A stretch of 64,000 nt of DNA from Deltaproteobacteria bacterium. GTDB lineage: Bacteria > Desulfobacterota > Desulfuromonadia > Desulfuromonadales > JAAYDE01. The stretch covers positions 11,944 to 75,943 of the forward strand of contig JAFGOW010000217.1 of assembly GCA_016926265.1 (NCBI GenBank). The letters are read 5' to 3'. Below the pieces are notes generated by a model. That model did no database searches and was not told the origin of the DNA. It was given only the letters and a program-made list of their open reading frames with translations. A program made the translations under genes and the position numbers. Shown here one piece after another: positions 29,294-38,115 of this stretch; within the stretch, counting starts at the first letter, position 1; each line of letters begins with the position of its first letter.

Positions 29294-30298
29294 ATGGCTG
29301 AACAAAATCGCGAGGTACCGCAGGTAGTCGAAATATCCCGGCGGCTTTCCGCCAAAAAACCGCCAACCAAACTGCTGATTCTGGTGGGTTTGATCATGGT
29401 TTTGCTGTGGGGCGGAAATTCCAGCTTTTTCAAAGTGAATCCTGAGGAAACCGGAGTTCTGCTGCGTTTCGGTCACTTCACCCGTTTTTGCCAGCCGGGG
29501 CTTAATTTCAAGCTCCCTTTTGGCATCGAACAGGTTTACCTGGTCAAGACAGGGCGCAATTTCAAGGAAGAGTTCGGGTTCCGGACCGTGGAAGCGGGGG
29601 TTCGCACCAGCTACAATCCGGCGGTTTTCGAGGAGGAATCCCTGACCTTGACCGGGGATCTGAATGTCAGCGATATCGAATGGATCGTTCAGTATCAGAT
29701 CGTCGACCCCTATAAATATCTGTTCCGGATTGAGGATCCGCAATCGGCGATTCGAGATGTTTCCGAAGCGGTGGTGCGCAAAGTGGTGGGCAATTCCAAT
29801 GTCACTCAGGTTTTGACCACCGACCGGGCTTTGCTGGCAGCCAATATCGAGACCGAGCTTCAGGCCATTCTCAAAGGGTATGACATCGGAATCCGCATCG
29901 TCACCGTCAAATTTCAGGATGTCAACCCGCCCGATGCCGTCAAAACCGCTTTCAACGAGGTCAACGAGGCTGAACAGCAGAAGGAGAGCCTGATTCTCCA
30001 GGCTCGCGAGGAATATAACCGCGAGGTTCCCAAGGCGCGCGGGGTAGCCAAAAGCCGCATTCTGGAAGCGGAAGGTTACGCCGTGGAGCGGATCAATCGG
30101 GCCCAGGGCGAGAGCATCCGATTCCTAGCCCTGCTGGAAGAATACCGCAAGGCTCCCGAGGTCACCCGACGGCGTCTTTATCTGGAGACCATGGAACAGG
30201 TTCTGCCCCGCGTCCAGGAGGTTTTCATCATGGACCGCGATGGCGCCGGCGCCGTGCCGCTGCTCCCCTTGCGACGCTTTGACGGGAAGGAGAAATAA
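29294..30298 (+). CDS. hflK: FtsH protease modulator HflK (SPFH/band-7)
   Basis: N-terminal TM, SPFH domain, coiled-coil C-terminus. Start/stop overlap with hflC. Confidence 0.92.
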   Translation: MAEQNREVPQVVEISRRLSAKKPPTKLLILVGLIMVLLWGGNSSFFKVNPEETGVLLRFGHFTRFCQPGLNFKLPFGIEQVYLVKTGRNFKEEFGFRTVEAGVRTSYNPAVFEEESLTLTGDLNVSDIEWIVQYQIVDPYKYLFRIEDPQSAIRDVSEAVVRKVVGNSNVTQVLTTDRALLAANIETELQAILKGYDIGIRIVTVKFQDVNPPDAVKTAFNEVNEAEQQKESLILQAREEYNREVPKARGVAKSRILEAEGYAVERINRAQGESIRFLALLEEYRKAPEVTRRRLYLETMEQVLPRVQEVFIMDRDGAGAVPLLPLRRFDGKEK

Positions 30299-31233
30299 TG
30301 AAACGTCCTCTTTTTATAATGCTTTTGGTCTTGTTGGCTTTCGTCGGGAATCTGGCGTTCTTTACTATTCAGGAAGGGGAACAGGGGATTCTGACCCAGT
30401 TCGGGAAACCAGTCGGCGGGGTGATTGCTCCAGGGCTCCATGTCCGGATTCCCTTTGTTCAGGAAGTCTACCGTTTTCAAAAGCGGATTTTGAAATGGGA
30501 CGGCGATCCCAACCAGATCCCCACCAAAGACAAACGCTATATCTTCCTCGATACCACCGCCCGGTGGCGGATTGCCGATCCGCTGCTGTTTTTCAAAACC
30601 GTTGCTACGGAATCGGGAGCCCTCAGCCGGCTGGACGATATCATTGATTCGGTGGTGCGCGATGCCGTCTCCGGCCATCTGCTGGTGGAACTGGTGCGCG
30701 GCAAGGATTATAAACCGCCCCTGGGAGGGGAGTCCTCCGAGGTTATCGAGATCGAAGGGGTTCCGGTGGACGTCGGTTCTCTGGTGGGACGGGAGGAGAT
30801 CATCAACGGAATTTTGGCCAAAGCCAGGGAAAACACCCCCGAATACGGGATCGATCTGATCGACGTGCAGATCAAGCGGATCAATTATGTGGAACAGGTC
30901 CGGAAGCGTGTCTATGAAAGGATGATTTCGGAACGCAAAAAAGTGGCGGCCCAATTCCGTTCCGAAGGGGAGGGGGAAAAGGCCGATATCCTGGGGCAGA
31001 TGCAGTGGGATCTGAAAAAGATCCAATCCGAAGCCTACCGCCAGTCGGTCCAGATTCGGGGTGCGGCGGATGCCCAGGCGGCCGCCGTCTATGCCGATGC
31101 CTTCGGCAAAGATGCGGAATTCTACGCTTTTTTGCGGACCCTGGAAGCCTATCAAAAAGGGGTTCAGGACAACGGGCGGCTGGTGCTCACCACCGATTCG
31201 GAATTTTACCGCTACCTGAAAAAAATAAAGTAA
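30298..31233 (+). CDS. hflC: FtsH protease modulator HflC (SPFH/band-7)
   Basis: N-terminal TM followed by FTIQEGEQGILTQFGKP and an SPFH domain. Confidence 0.92.
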   Translation: MKRPLFIMLLVLLAFVGNLAFFTIQEGEQGILTQFGKPVGGVIAPGLHVRIPFVQEVYRFQKRILKWDGDPNQIPTKDKRYIFLDTTARWRIADPLLFFKTVATESGALSRLDDIIDSVVRDAVSGHLLVELVRGKDYKPPLGGESSEVIEIEGVPVDVGSLVGREEIINGILAKARENTPEYGIDLIDVQIKRINYVEQVRKRVYERMISERKKVAAQFRSEGEGEKADILGQMQWDLKKIQSEAYRQSVQIRGAADAQAAAVYADAFGKDAEFYAFLRTLEAYQKGVQDNGRLVLTTDSEFYRYLKKIK

Positions 31234-31250
31234 TCCCCTGAAAAATCGAA

Positions 31251-31282
31251 AAAAGAGGAGCCGCAAAGGGCTCCTCTTTTTT
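31251..31282. terminator. Bidirectional intrinsic terminator between hflC and the rhodanese gene
   Basis: AAAAGAGGAGCC-gcaaa-GGGCTCCTCTTTTTT. GC-rich stem flanked by an A-tract and a T-tract, between convergent genes. Confidence 0.8.
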
Positions 31283-31300
31283 ATTCCGCCTTGTCCCGGA

Positions 31301-32149
31301 TCAGGCGCGGTTTTCCAGTCTATTCAGGTAGCCGGTGAGGTGGATCAGGTGAGCTTTCTCCTCTTCCGCCAAGGCCTGGAACAGTTCCCGCACATCCGGA
31401 TTTTTCTGCTCCTTGGCCATCAGCAGATAGCGGTCGCAGGCGTTGGTCTCAAAACCGATGGCCAACTGGACAATATCTTTCAACTCCCGGTTTCCAGCCC
31501 ATTGAAGGGCTTCCGCAAGCCGGATGCCTCCTTCCAGAACCGGTTCCTCCGGAAGGGAAGGGAGCAGAGATTGGGGGAAATGTCCGGCGATGGATTGGCC
31601 GCTCATTTTTTCGAAAAGGGACTCCAGAAAGGCCTGGTGACGCTCCTCGACGCCGGCCATCTGGCGGAAAAACGATTCCTCCTCCGTTCCCCGGAAGCGG
31701 TTGGCCATGGCGAGGTAAAAGGATCGGGTTCCTTTTTCGATCAACCAGGCCAGGCCGATGAATTCTCCCAAGGTGTGCCCCGGCGAAAAGTAAGCCGCCC
31801 CGAGGTCCGGTTCTCCTTCGGCGCTGTGCCCTTCCCAGGCGTTGATGCCGCCAGCCATGCTGTGGACATTGGTGAATCCGGCATTTTTGAGGGTGGCGGC
31901 GGCCGCGCGGCTTCGGACTCCGATGCCGCAATAGGTGATGGTCGGCTTGGCCGGGTCGAGTTTTTCCATCTCCTCCCGAAGCCGGTCGAGGGGCACCAGC
32001 AAGGCGCCGGGCAGGTGGCCGCGGAGATACTCTTTAGGCTGTCGCACGTCCAGAAGCTGGTATTCCTGACCCTTGTGCTCCAGCAAAAATTTGCGGACCT
32101 TTTCGGGCGGCCAGGTGGAGACGGGGCGGAAATAATCAAAAATGCCCAT
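31301..32149 (-). CDS. Rhodanese domain fused to ferritin/rubrerythrin-like di-iron domain
   Basis: Rhodanese active-site loop TITYCGIGVRSRAAA. The C-terminal half has two ExxH motifs (GVEERHQAF; AEEEKAHLIHL) plus partner glutamates. Confidence 0.8.
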   Translation of the reverse strand: MGIFDYFRPVSTWPPEKVRKFLLEHKGQEYQLLDVRQPKEYLRGHLPGALLVPLDRLREEMEKLDPAKPTITYCGIGVRSRAAAATLKNAGFTNVHSMAGGINAWEGHSAEGEPDLGAAYFSPGHTLGEFIGLAWLIEKGTRSFYLAMANRFRGTEEESFFRQMAGVEERHQAFLESLFEKMSGQSIAGHFPQSLLPSLPEEPVLEGGIRLAEALQWAGNRELKDIVQLAIGFETNACDRYLLMAKEQKNPDVRELFQALAEEEKAHLIHLTGYLNRLENRA

Positions 32150-32172
32150 AAATCCTCCGGGACGATAGGGGC

Positions 32173-33309
32173 TCAGATCAGATTTTCCGGTTCGTTGCGT
32201 TCGCCGGACAACTGGAATTTGCGCATAAAAGCGCCATCGATCCAGTTTTTGAAGAAGAATGCGGGGCGCCCCCCGAAGATGAGGTTTTGCCGTCCGAATA
32301 TTCCCACGCCTGCTCCCAGGTTAAGGATCAAAAGGTAATCCTTCTGAGGCACAAACCGCTGGAGAGGAAGGCCCTCCAAAGCGTTGAGGAGATTCTGGTG
32401 GAGGATCGGGTTCTGCCGCACGGCGAAAACGCCGACCTTGTCAAGGGGACGGTCCTGGAAATGGATGCAATCCCCGCCGCCAAAGATTTCCGGGAAGGCC
32501 TGGGATTGCAAAAAAGGATTTACCGGCAGGCCGCCGTCGGCGGCGGTGGAAAATCCCGAATCCCGGAACAGGGGAGGGGGGACCACCCCGGTGGAAACGA
32601 AGGCAAAATCGAATTCAAGGTGGCTCCCATCCGTCAGAACCGCCCTGTTTTCGGCAGCTATTTGGGCATGGACCCCTTCCAGAATGCGGATTCCCCTGGG
32701 GAGCAGGATGGAAAGGGCCAGGGTTCTGATTTTGGGTGGCATTTTCCGCAGCAGTTGGGCGCCGGCCACCAGCGTGATTTCGGCGGTTTTGCCCAGATTT
32801 TGCATCAGCGCCCATAGGTTTCCGGCGATTTCCACTCCGGCCGGGCCACCCCCCAGAACCAGCAGTTTGAGGGAATGGTGGCCGGCTTCGCGGATGATTT
32901 TTTTTTGTCCTTTGAGGAGGTTGATGATCGGTTTGACCGGGATGACGTGATTTTTGGCGGCAGCCTCTTCATGAAGGGCGATGCCGCTTCCGATGTTGAA
33001 GGATACCACGTCGTAGGTGATTCTTTCGCCGCCCGCGAGTTCCAGCACCCGACCAGGGGCATCGATCCGGACCACCTGGCCCCGGGTGAAAACGGCTCCT
33101 CGGTCCTGAACCATTTTGGCGACATGAAAACGGATGTCCTGGGGGCGGTAGGTTTGGGACAGGGCGCCCGGACCCATTCCCGAATAATACTGATAAGGAG
33201 AGGGGCTGATGAGCGTGACCCGGTGCCCTTTGTAAATAAAATCGCCACATTTGGCCATGGCGGTCATGTGGGCATGGCCGCCGCCAACCAAGACCAGATG
33301 TTTTCCCAT
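32173..33309 (-). CDS. FAD/NAD(P)-dependent pyridine nucleotide-disulfide oxidoreductase family protein (SelD-N-terminal-like)
   Basis: HLVLVGGGHAHM and LLVLGGGPAGVEIAG dinucleotide folds, plus a GGGDC FAD motif near the C-terminus. Confidence 0.85.
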   Translation of the reverse strand: MGKHLVLVGGGHAHMTAMAKCGDFIYKGHRVTLISPSPYQYYSGMGPGALSQTYRPQDIRFHVAKMVQDRGAVFTRGQVVRIDAPGRVLELAGGERITYDVVSFNIGSGIALHEEAAAKNHVIPVKPIINLLKGQKKIIREAGHHSLKLLVLGGGPAGVEIAGNLWALMQNLGKTAEITLVAGAQLLRKMPPKIRTLALSILLPRGIRILEGVHAQIAAENRAVLTDGSHLEFDFAFVSTGVVPPPLFRDSGFSTAADGGLPVNPFLQSQAFPEIFGGGDCIHFQDRPLDKVGVFAVRQNPILHQNLLNALEGLPLQRFVPQKDYLLILNLGAGVGIFGRQNLIFGGRPAFFFKNWIDGAFMRKFQLSGERNEPENLI

Positions 33310-33514
33310 GCCGTCCCCCTTGTCTCCAGAGGATAGAACCGAACCCGAGGCCTGTCAAACCGACTGCGGGTGGAATCGTTCCGACTTTGGAGTAAAACAA
33401 CTTGAAAAACCCGATAATTTGCCGTTTGGGCCCTGATGTGTTATTTAAGACAGGGTGCCTTGAAATCGTTTGCTTCGGTTGTCCCAGTAGCCATTTTCTC
33501 GAAGGAGAGAGCCC

Positions 33515-34114
33515 ATGAAACCCAAGAAACCTTTCTGCTCCCCATTCTTCTGGCTGGTAGCCATTTTTTCTCTTTTGGTTTCCGGATGCGGCTACAACGA
33601 AATACAGAGGAACGAAGAAATGGTTTTTGCCGCCTGGGGCGATGTCGAGGCTACCTATCAGCGCCGCGCCGATCTGATCCCCAATCTGGTGGAGACGGTC
33701 AAGGCCTATGCCGCCCATGAGAAAGAGACCTTACAGGCTTTGACCGAGGCCCGCTCCCGTGTCGGGCAGGTCCAGATCTCTGCCCAAAATCTGGGTGATG
33801 CCGCCGCCGTGCAGAAATACGTCGATGCCCAGGGCGCCATGTCCTCGGCGCTGTCCCGGCTTCTGGCCATTGCCGAGGCCTATCCCGATCTAAAAGCCAG
33901 CCAAAACTTCCGCGATCTCCAGCACCAGTTGGAGGGGACAGAAAACCGCATCAACGTGGCCCGCCAGCGCTACAACGAGGCGGTGCAGGAGTTCAACAGC
34001 TCGATCCGTTCGTTTCCCAACAACCTGACCAACAAGTTTCTGCTCCGGCTCCCGAGAAAAGAACCCTTCAAGGCCCAGGCCGGCGCCGAACAGGCGCCCA
34101 AGGTCCGGTTCTGA
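33515..34114 (+). CDS. lemA: LemA family protein
   Basis: N-terminal TM/lipobox-like SGCGYN, then the LemA signature AWGDVEATYQRRADLIPNLVETVK...RQRYNEAVQEFN. Confidence 0.9.
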   Translation: MKPKKPFCSPFFWLVAIFSLLVSGCGYNEIQRNEEMVFAAWGDVEATYQRRADLIPNLVETVKAYAAHEKETLQALTEARSRVGQVQISAQNLGDAAAVQKYVDAQGAMSSALSRLLAIAEAYPDLKASQNFRDLQHQLEGTENRINVARQRYNEAVQEFNSSIRSFPNNLTNKFLLRLPRKEPFKAQAGAEQAPKVRF

Positions 34115-34845
34115 TGAAACAATGGGCGGTTGTTTTTCTGGCCCTGAGTTTTTTTCTTCTGCCGTGTGGCGGTTTTTCTCTGGAGGTGCCCAGGGCCACG
34201 GGGTATGTCAACGATTATGCCAACCTTCTCTCCCCTGGGGTGAAATCGAAGTTGGAGCGTTTCCTCGGTGATTTCGAACGAACCGATTCCACCCAGGTCG
34301 TGATCCTCACCATTCCCTCTCTCCAGGGTGAAAACCTGGAAAACTTTTCCATCCGGGTGGCTGCCGCCTGGCAGCCGGGCCGCAAGGATCGGGAAAACGG
34401 CGTCCTGATTCTGGTGGCCAAACAGGATCGCAAGATGCGGATCGAGGTGGGGAAGGGCCTGGAAGGAAAACTGACCGACCTTTTGGCCGGCCGCATCATC
34501 GACTATGAAATGGCCCCCCGTTTTGGAAAAGGGGATTTCGACGGTGGCATCCTCGCCACGGTTAATTCCGTGGTCGGGGTGGTGCGGGGCGAATACCAGG
34601 GGGATTCCCTTCCTTTGCGGAAAAAGAGCCGCGGGCCCTGGGGTGCCTTGCTGTTTTTCCTTTTTCTGGCCCCTTTCATGCTCCGCCTGAACCCCTCCGG
34701 CAGCCAACGTGGGCGACGGCGAAGCGGCATTTACTGGACCGGAGGGCCATTCGGCGGCGGCGGGTTTGGCGGTGGATTCGGGAGCGGTGGTTTTTCCGGC
34801 GGCGGCGGTGGATTCGGTGGCGGCGGAGCTTCCGGAAGTTGGTGA
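34114..34845 (+). CDS. TPM-domain protein (YgcG-like) with glycine-rich tail
   Basis: Signal peptide, GYVNDYANLLS TPM start, a TM segment, and a GGGGFGGGFGSGGFSGGGGGFGGGG tail. Confidence 0.85.
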   Translation: MKQWAVVFLALSFFLLPCGGFSLEVPRATGYVNDYANLLSPGVKSKLERFLGDFERTDSTQVVILTIPSLQGENLENFSIRVAAAWQPGRKDRENGVLILVAKQDRKMRIEVGKGLEGKLTDLLAGRIIDYEMAPRFGKGDFDGGILATVNSVVGVVRGEYQGDSLPLRKKSRGPWGALLFFLFLAPFMLRLNPSGSQRGRRRSGIYWTGGPFGGGGFGGGFGSGGFSGGGGGFGGGGASGSW

Positions 34846-34897
34846 CGGGGGAGGGCGTTTGGAAAAGAGGGAGCTGAGAATATCTCGAACCCGTGCC

Positions 34898-35515
34898 ATG
34901 GATTTTTTCAGCGCAGCGGAGAAAGAGCGCATCGAAAAAGCCGTGCGGGAGGTGGAAAAGCTCACCAGCGGCGAGATCGTCCCCATGGTTGTGGACCAAT
35001 CCTACCACTATCCCGTGGCGGAAATTCTGGGCGCCGCCCTGTTTTCACTGCCCCCCGCGGCGTTGCTCTCCTGGTGGTTCGGTCATGAATCGCTGTGGGT
35101 TTTTCTGGTTGTTTTCTTCGCTTTTTATTTCCCCTTTAAAATTGCCATTCGCAACATTTTTTGGCTGAAAAGGTTTTTGATCCCTCCCCAGGAAATGGCG
35201 GCCGAGGTCGAAGAAAAAGCCCAGGTCTCTTTTCTGGAACTGGGGCTTCACCGTACCCGAGACGAGACCGGGATCCTGATTCTTTTGTCCCTGTTTGAAA
35301 AGCGGGTTTTCGTCCTGGCCGACCGGGGCATCAACCGGGCGGTGCCCGAAAAGACCTGGGAGGAGATAGTGGGCATCGTGGTCGAGGGGATTCATCGCAA
35401 CCGAACCTGCGATGCCCTGTGCCAAGCCATCAAACGGTGCGGGGAACTGCTGGAAAAACCGCTCCCGAGGAAAAAGGACGATCGCGACGAGCTTCCCAAT
35501 CTGATTCTGGAATGA
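34898..35515 (+). CDS. TPM-domain membrane protein
   Basis: MDFFSAAEKERIEKAVREVEKLTSGEIVPMVV, two inserted TM helices, GILILLSLFEKRVFVLADRGI. Start at the internal ATG 34898. Confidence 0.8.
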   Translation: MDFFSAAEKERIEKAVREVEKLTSGEIVPMVVDQSYHYPVAEILGAALFSLPPAALLSWWFGHESLWVFLVVFFAFYFPFKIAIRNIFWLKRFLIPPQEMAAEVEEKAQVSFLELGLHRTRDETGILILLSLFEKRVFVLADRGINRAVPEKTWEEIVGIVVEGIHRNRTCDALCQAIKRCGELLEKPLPRKKDDRDELPNLILE

Positions 35516-35522
35516 GCTTTTT

Positions 35523-36221
35523 TTACAACAGGACCTGGATCGCGGTGTCGATGGCCGTCTCCATTTCCGATACCCTGGTTCTATAGGCCAACACCTCGAC
35601 CCCGGTTTCAGCCGCTTCCCGCAACAGACGGCCGTATTCCGGGTCGATCCAGTCGGCGGGGCGGAAGGAACGCGCCTCGGCGCGTTGCACCAGGAAAAAG
35701 ACAACACTGCGGAATCCTTCCTTCATGGCCTTTTGAAGTTCCCTGAGATGTTTCTGGCCACGGAGGGTTACGGCATCGGGGAAGCAGGCGATATCGGTTC
35801 CCGTCAGCAGGGTGACGTTTTTGACTTCCAGGAAGATTTTTGTCCCGTTGGCGAGGCTTTCCAAAAGAAAATCGATGCGGCTTTCCCCGAAGCGGAATTC
35901 CGGGCTGATCCGATAACCGGAAAAGCCGCCGATCGTTCCCTTTTCGAGCCCTTCCGCCACGACGCGGTTGGCGCGGTGGGTATCGATATCGACCCAGAAT
36001 CCGTTAACCTCAATCCGCTCCAGGGAATAGGAATATTTCCGGAGCGGGTTGTCGCTCCGGGTCAACAACACGCGGTGTCCTGGGACGGCGCACTGCATCA
36101 TGGAGCCGGTGTTGGGAGTATGGGCCGTAACCACGGTTCCGTCCGCAAGTTGGACATCAGCCAGAAAACGCTGGTAACGCCTGATCAAAATGCCCTCCAT
36201 GAGCGGTCCATTTATTTTCAC
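35523..36221 (-). CDS. sfsA: Sugar fermentation stimulation protein SfsA (DNA/RNA nuclease fold)
   Basis: GILIRRYQRFLADV N-terminus and conserved SfsA core. Confidence 0.9.
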   Translation of the reverse strand: MKINGPLMEGILIRRYQRFLADVQLADGTVVTAHTPNTGSMMQCAVPGHRVLLTRSDNPLRKYSYSLERIEVNGFWVDIDTHRANRVVAEGLEKGTIGGFSGYRISPEFRFGESRIDFLLESLANGTKIFLEVKNVTLLTGTDIACFPDAVTLRGQKHLRELQKAMKEGFRSVVFFLVQRAEARSFRPADWIDPEYGRLLREAAETGVEVLAYRTRVSEMETAIDTAIQVLL

Positions 36222-36400
36222 TTCGGAACTCCCTGGTTTTTAGATTGTAAAAAAATGGCTGTTGTTGTGTGGCGGCTTTCCCGGCGTTCATACAATTTGT
36301 CTTGAAATGGGGAGGCTTTTTTCCTTAGCATGAAGTTCGCCGTTTCAGAAACTCCAACCTGGACGATCATTTTGACCCTTATTACCATGGAATAGCCACG

Positions 36401-37369
36401 ATGAAAGACCAAAAATCCGGCATCATCACTTTGCCCCGACCGGAGCACGGAAAGATCCCCAGCCTGCTCGAATCGATTGGCAACACCCCCCTGGTGGAAC
36501 TGTCCCGCATCCGCCCGGCCAGGGGAGCCCGCATTTTCGCCAAGCTCGAGGGAAACAACCCTGGCGGCTCGGTCAAGGACCGTCCCGCCTACTGGATGAT
36601 CAAAAAAGCCGAGGAAGAGGGGCTGCTCGACCATGGCCGCACTATTTTGGAACCGACCTCCGGCAACACCGGCATCGGCTTGGCCATGGTTGCCTCCTGT
36701 AAAGGGTACCGCATCAAGCTCACCCTTCCCGAGTGCGTCAGCCTGGAACGGCGTCAGATTCTGCTTGCCTATGGGGCCGAACTGATTCTGACCCCGGCCC
36801 ATGAGCGGACCGATGGTGCCATTCGCGCTGCGCATCGGCTGCTGGCCGAAAACCCCGACCGCTATTACATGCCCAACCAATTTGCCAATCCGGCCAATTG
36901 GCTGAGCCATTACGAAACCACTGCGCCGGAGATCCTGGAGCAGACCGGAGGCCGGATTACCGCTTTCGTGGCCGGCCTCGGCACCAGCGGCACCCTGATG
37001 GGGGTCTCCCGCCGTCTCAAGGAACACGATGCGAGAATTCAGATTGTCGGGGCCGAACCGGTCGAGGGGCATGCCATCCAGGGCCTCAAGAACATGAGAG
37101 AAGCCATCGTCCCCGAGATCTACCAAAGAAACCGCCTCGATCGGATCGTCACCGTGGATGACCGGGGCGCCTTCACCATGGCCAACCGGTTGGCCCTGGA
37201 GGAGGGGCTGTTCGCCGGCATGAGCAGTGGCGCGGCGGTTCATGCGGCCCTTCAGGTTGCCGCCGATTATTCCCCGGACGATGTCGTCGTGGTGCTGCTG
37301 CCGGATCGGGGCGACCGCTATCTTTCCACCAATCTGTTCCGCTCCATTTGCGCCGAATGCCCGCCTTGA
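36401..37369 (+). CDS. PLP-dependent cysteine synthase family protein (CysK/CysM-like)
   Basis: IGNTPLV, PLP lysine motif NPGGSVKDR, TSGNTGIGLA, GLGTSGT. Confidence 0.88.
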   Translation: MKDQKSGIITLPRPEHGKIPSLLESIGNTPLVELSRIRPARGARIFAKLEGNNPGGSVKDRPAYWMIKKAEEEGLLDHGRTILEPTSGNTGIGLAMVASCKGYRIKLTLPECVSLERRQILLAYGAELILTPAHERTDGAIRAAHRLLAENPDRYYMPNQFANPANWLSHYETTAPEILEQTGGRITAFVAGLGTSGTLMGVSRRLKEHDARIQIVGAEPVEGHAIQGLKNMREAIVPEIYQRNRLDRIVTVDDRGAFTMANRLALEEGLFAGMSSGAAVHAALQVAADYSPDDVVVVLLPDRGDRYLSTNLFRSICAECPP

Positions 37370-37381
37370 CCCCCGCCAGTT

Positions 37382-37966
37382 TCAGGGTTCTCCTAGCTTC
37401 GGGCCGGGTTTCCGGAGTGGGAACAGACCCCGCTGGACCAGCAGCCAGATTCCCATGGAGAGGGTGCCGCAGGCCAGGCCGAGGAAGGCGAGAAAGACGT
37501 TTTTGTTAAACGGCACCCAGACGATGAGCCCCATGGCGGTGGCCCCGAGCACAAAAAAAGTGAAGATCAAAGGGGAAGAGGCCATGCCAGCATTTTTTTC
37601 GATCTGTTCCAAGGCGAGGTTGGCGCCGGATGGCCGTCCGAAGCCGATGGAAAGAGACACGATGAACATGGGGAGAGCCAGGCCCCATGGGGTTTGACGG
37701 GGGGCCAGGAGCAGAATCAGGCTGCCGAGGACATAAAGGGAAATTCCGGCCAGCAACGGGGGGCGGCGGCCGAAGCGATCCCCCAGCGGCCCGTAAAAAA
37801 GGATGAAAACACAGTAGGCCGCGAAAAATGGCACCAGCGTGAGGTTGATTTCCGATGAGGTCCGATGCCATTGGCGCTGAAGGTGAGGAAGAGCCCCCAG
37901 ATACATGTCGGTGGAAAGTGCCGGAAACGCCGCCAGCAAGGCCAACAGCAGGAGGGGTCTTTTCAT
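37382..37966 (-). CDS. Bcr/CflA-family MFS transporter with large in-frame internal deletion (possible pseudogene)
   Basis: 194 aa. The N-terminal part aligns to Bcr TM1-3 (STDMYLGALP, YGPLGDRFGRRP). It continues directly into sequence resembling Bcr TM10/11-12 (GANLALEQIEKNAGMASS). About 200 aa of a normal 12-TM MFS are missing. Confidence 0.6.
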   Translation of the reverse strand: MKRPLLLLALLAAFPALSTDMYLGALPHLQRQWHRTSSEINLTLVPFFAAYCVFILFYGPLGDRFGRRPPLLAGISLYVLGSLILLLAPRQTPWGLALPMFIVSLSIGFGRPSGANLALEQIEKNAGMASSPLIFTFFVLGATAMGLIVWVPFNKNVFLAFLGLACGTLSMGIWLLVQRGLFPLRKPGPKLGEP

Positions 37967-38115
37967 GGGGATTAGGGCGCCGGCAAGGTGAAATTGCAGG
38001 GTTCGGAACCCGCCGATTTTAGTTTGGCCCGCGTCGGGCTGTAAAGAAAAACCTCAGGGACTCAAAACGCCACGCAACCGTCCGGGTACCTTTCCCGGCA
38101 CCAAAAGAAGGATCC

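Noticed and set aside
34730-34845. GGC/GGT-rich simple repeat
   Set aside because: It is the coding sequence of the glycine-rich tail typical of YgcG-like TPM proteins, not a non-coding microsatellite or CRISPR-like repeat.
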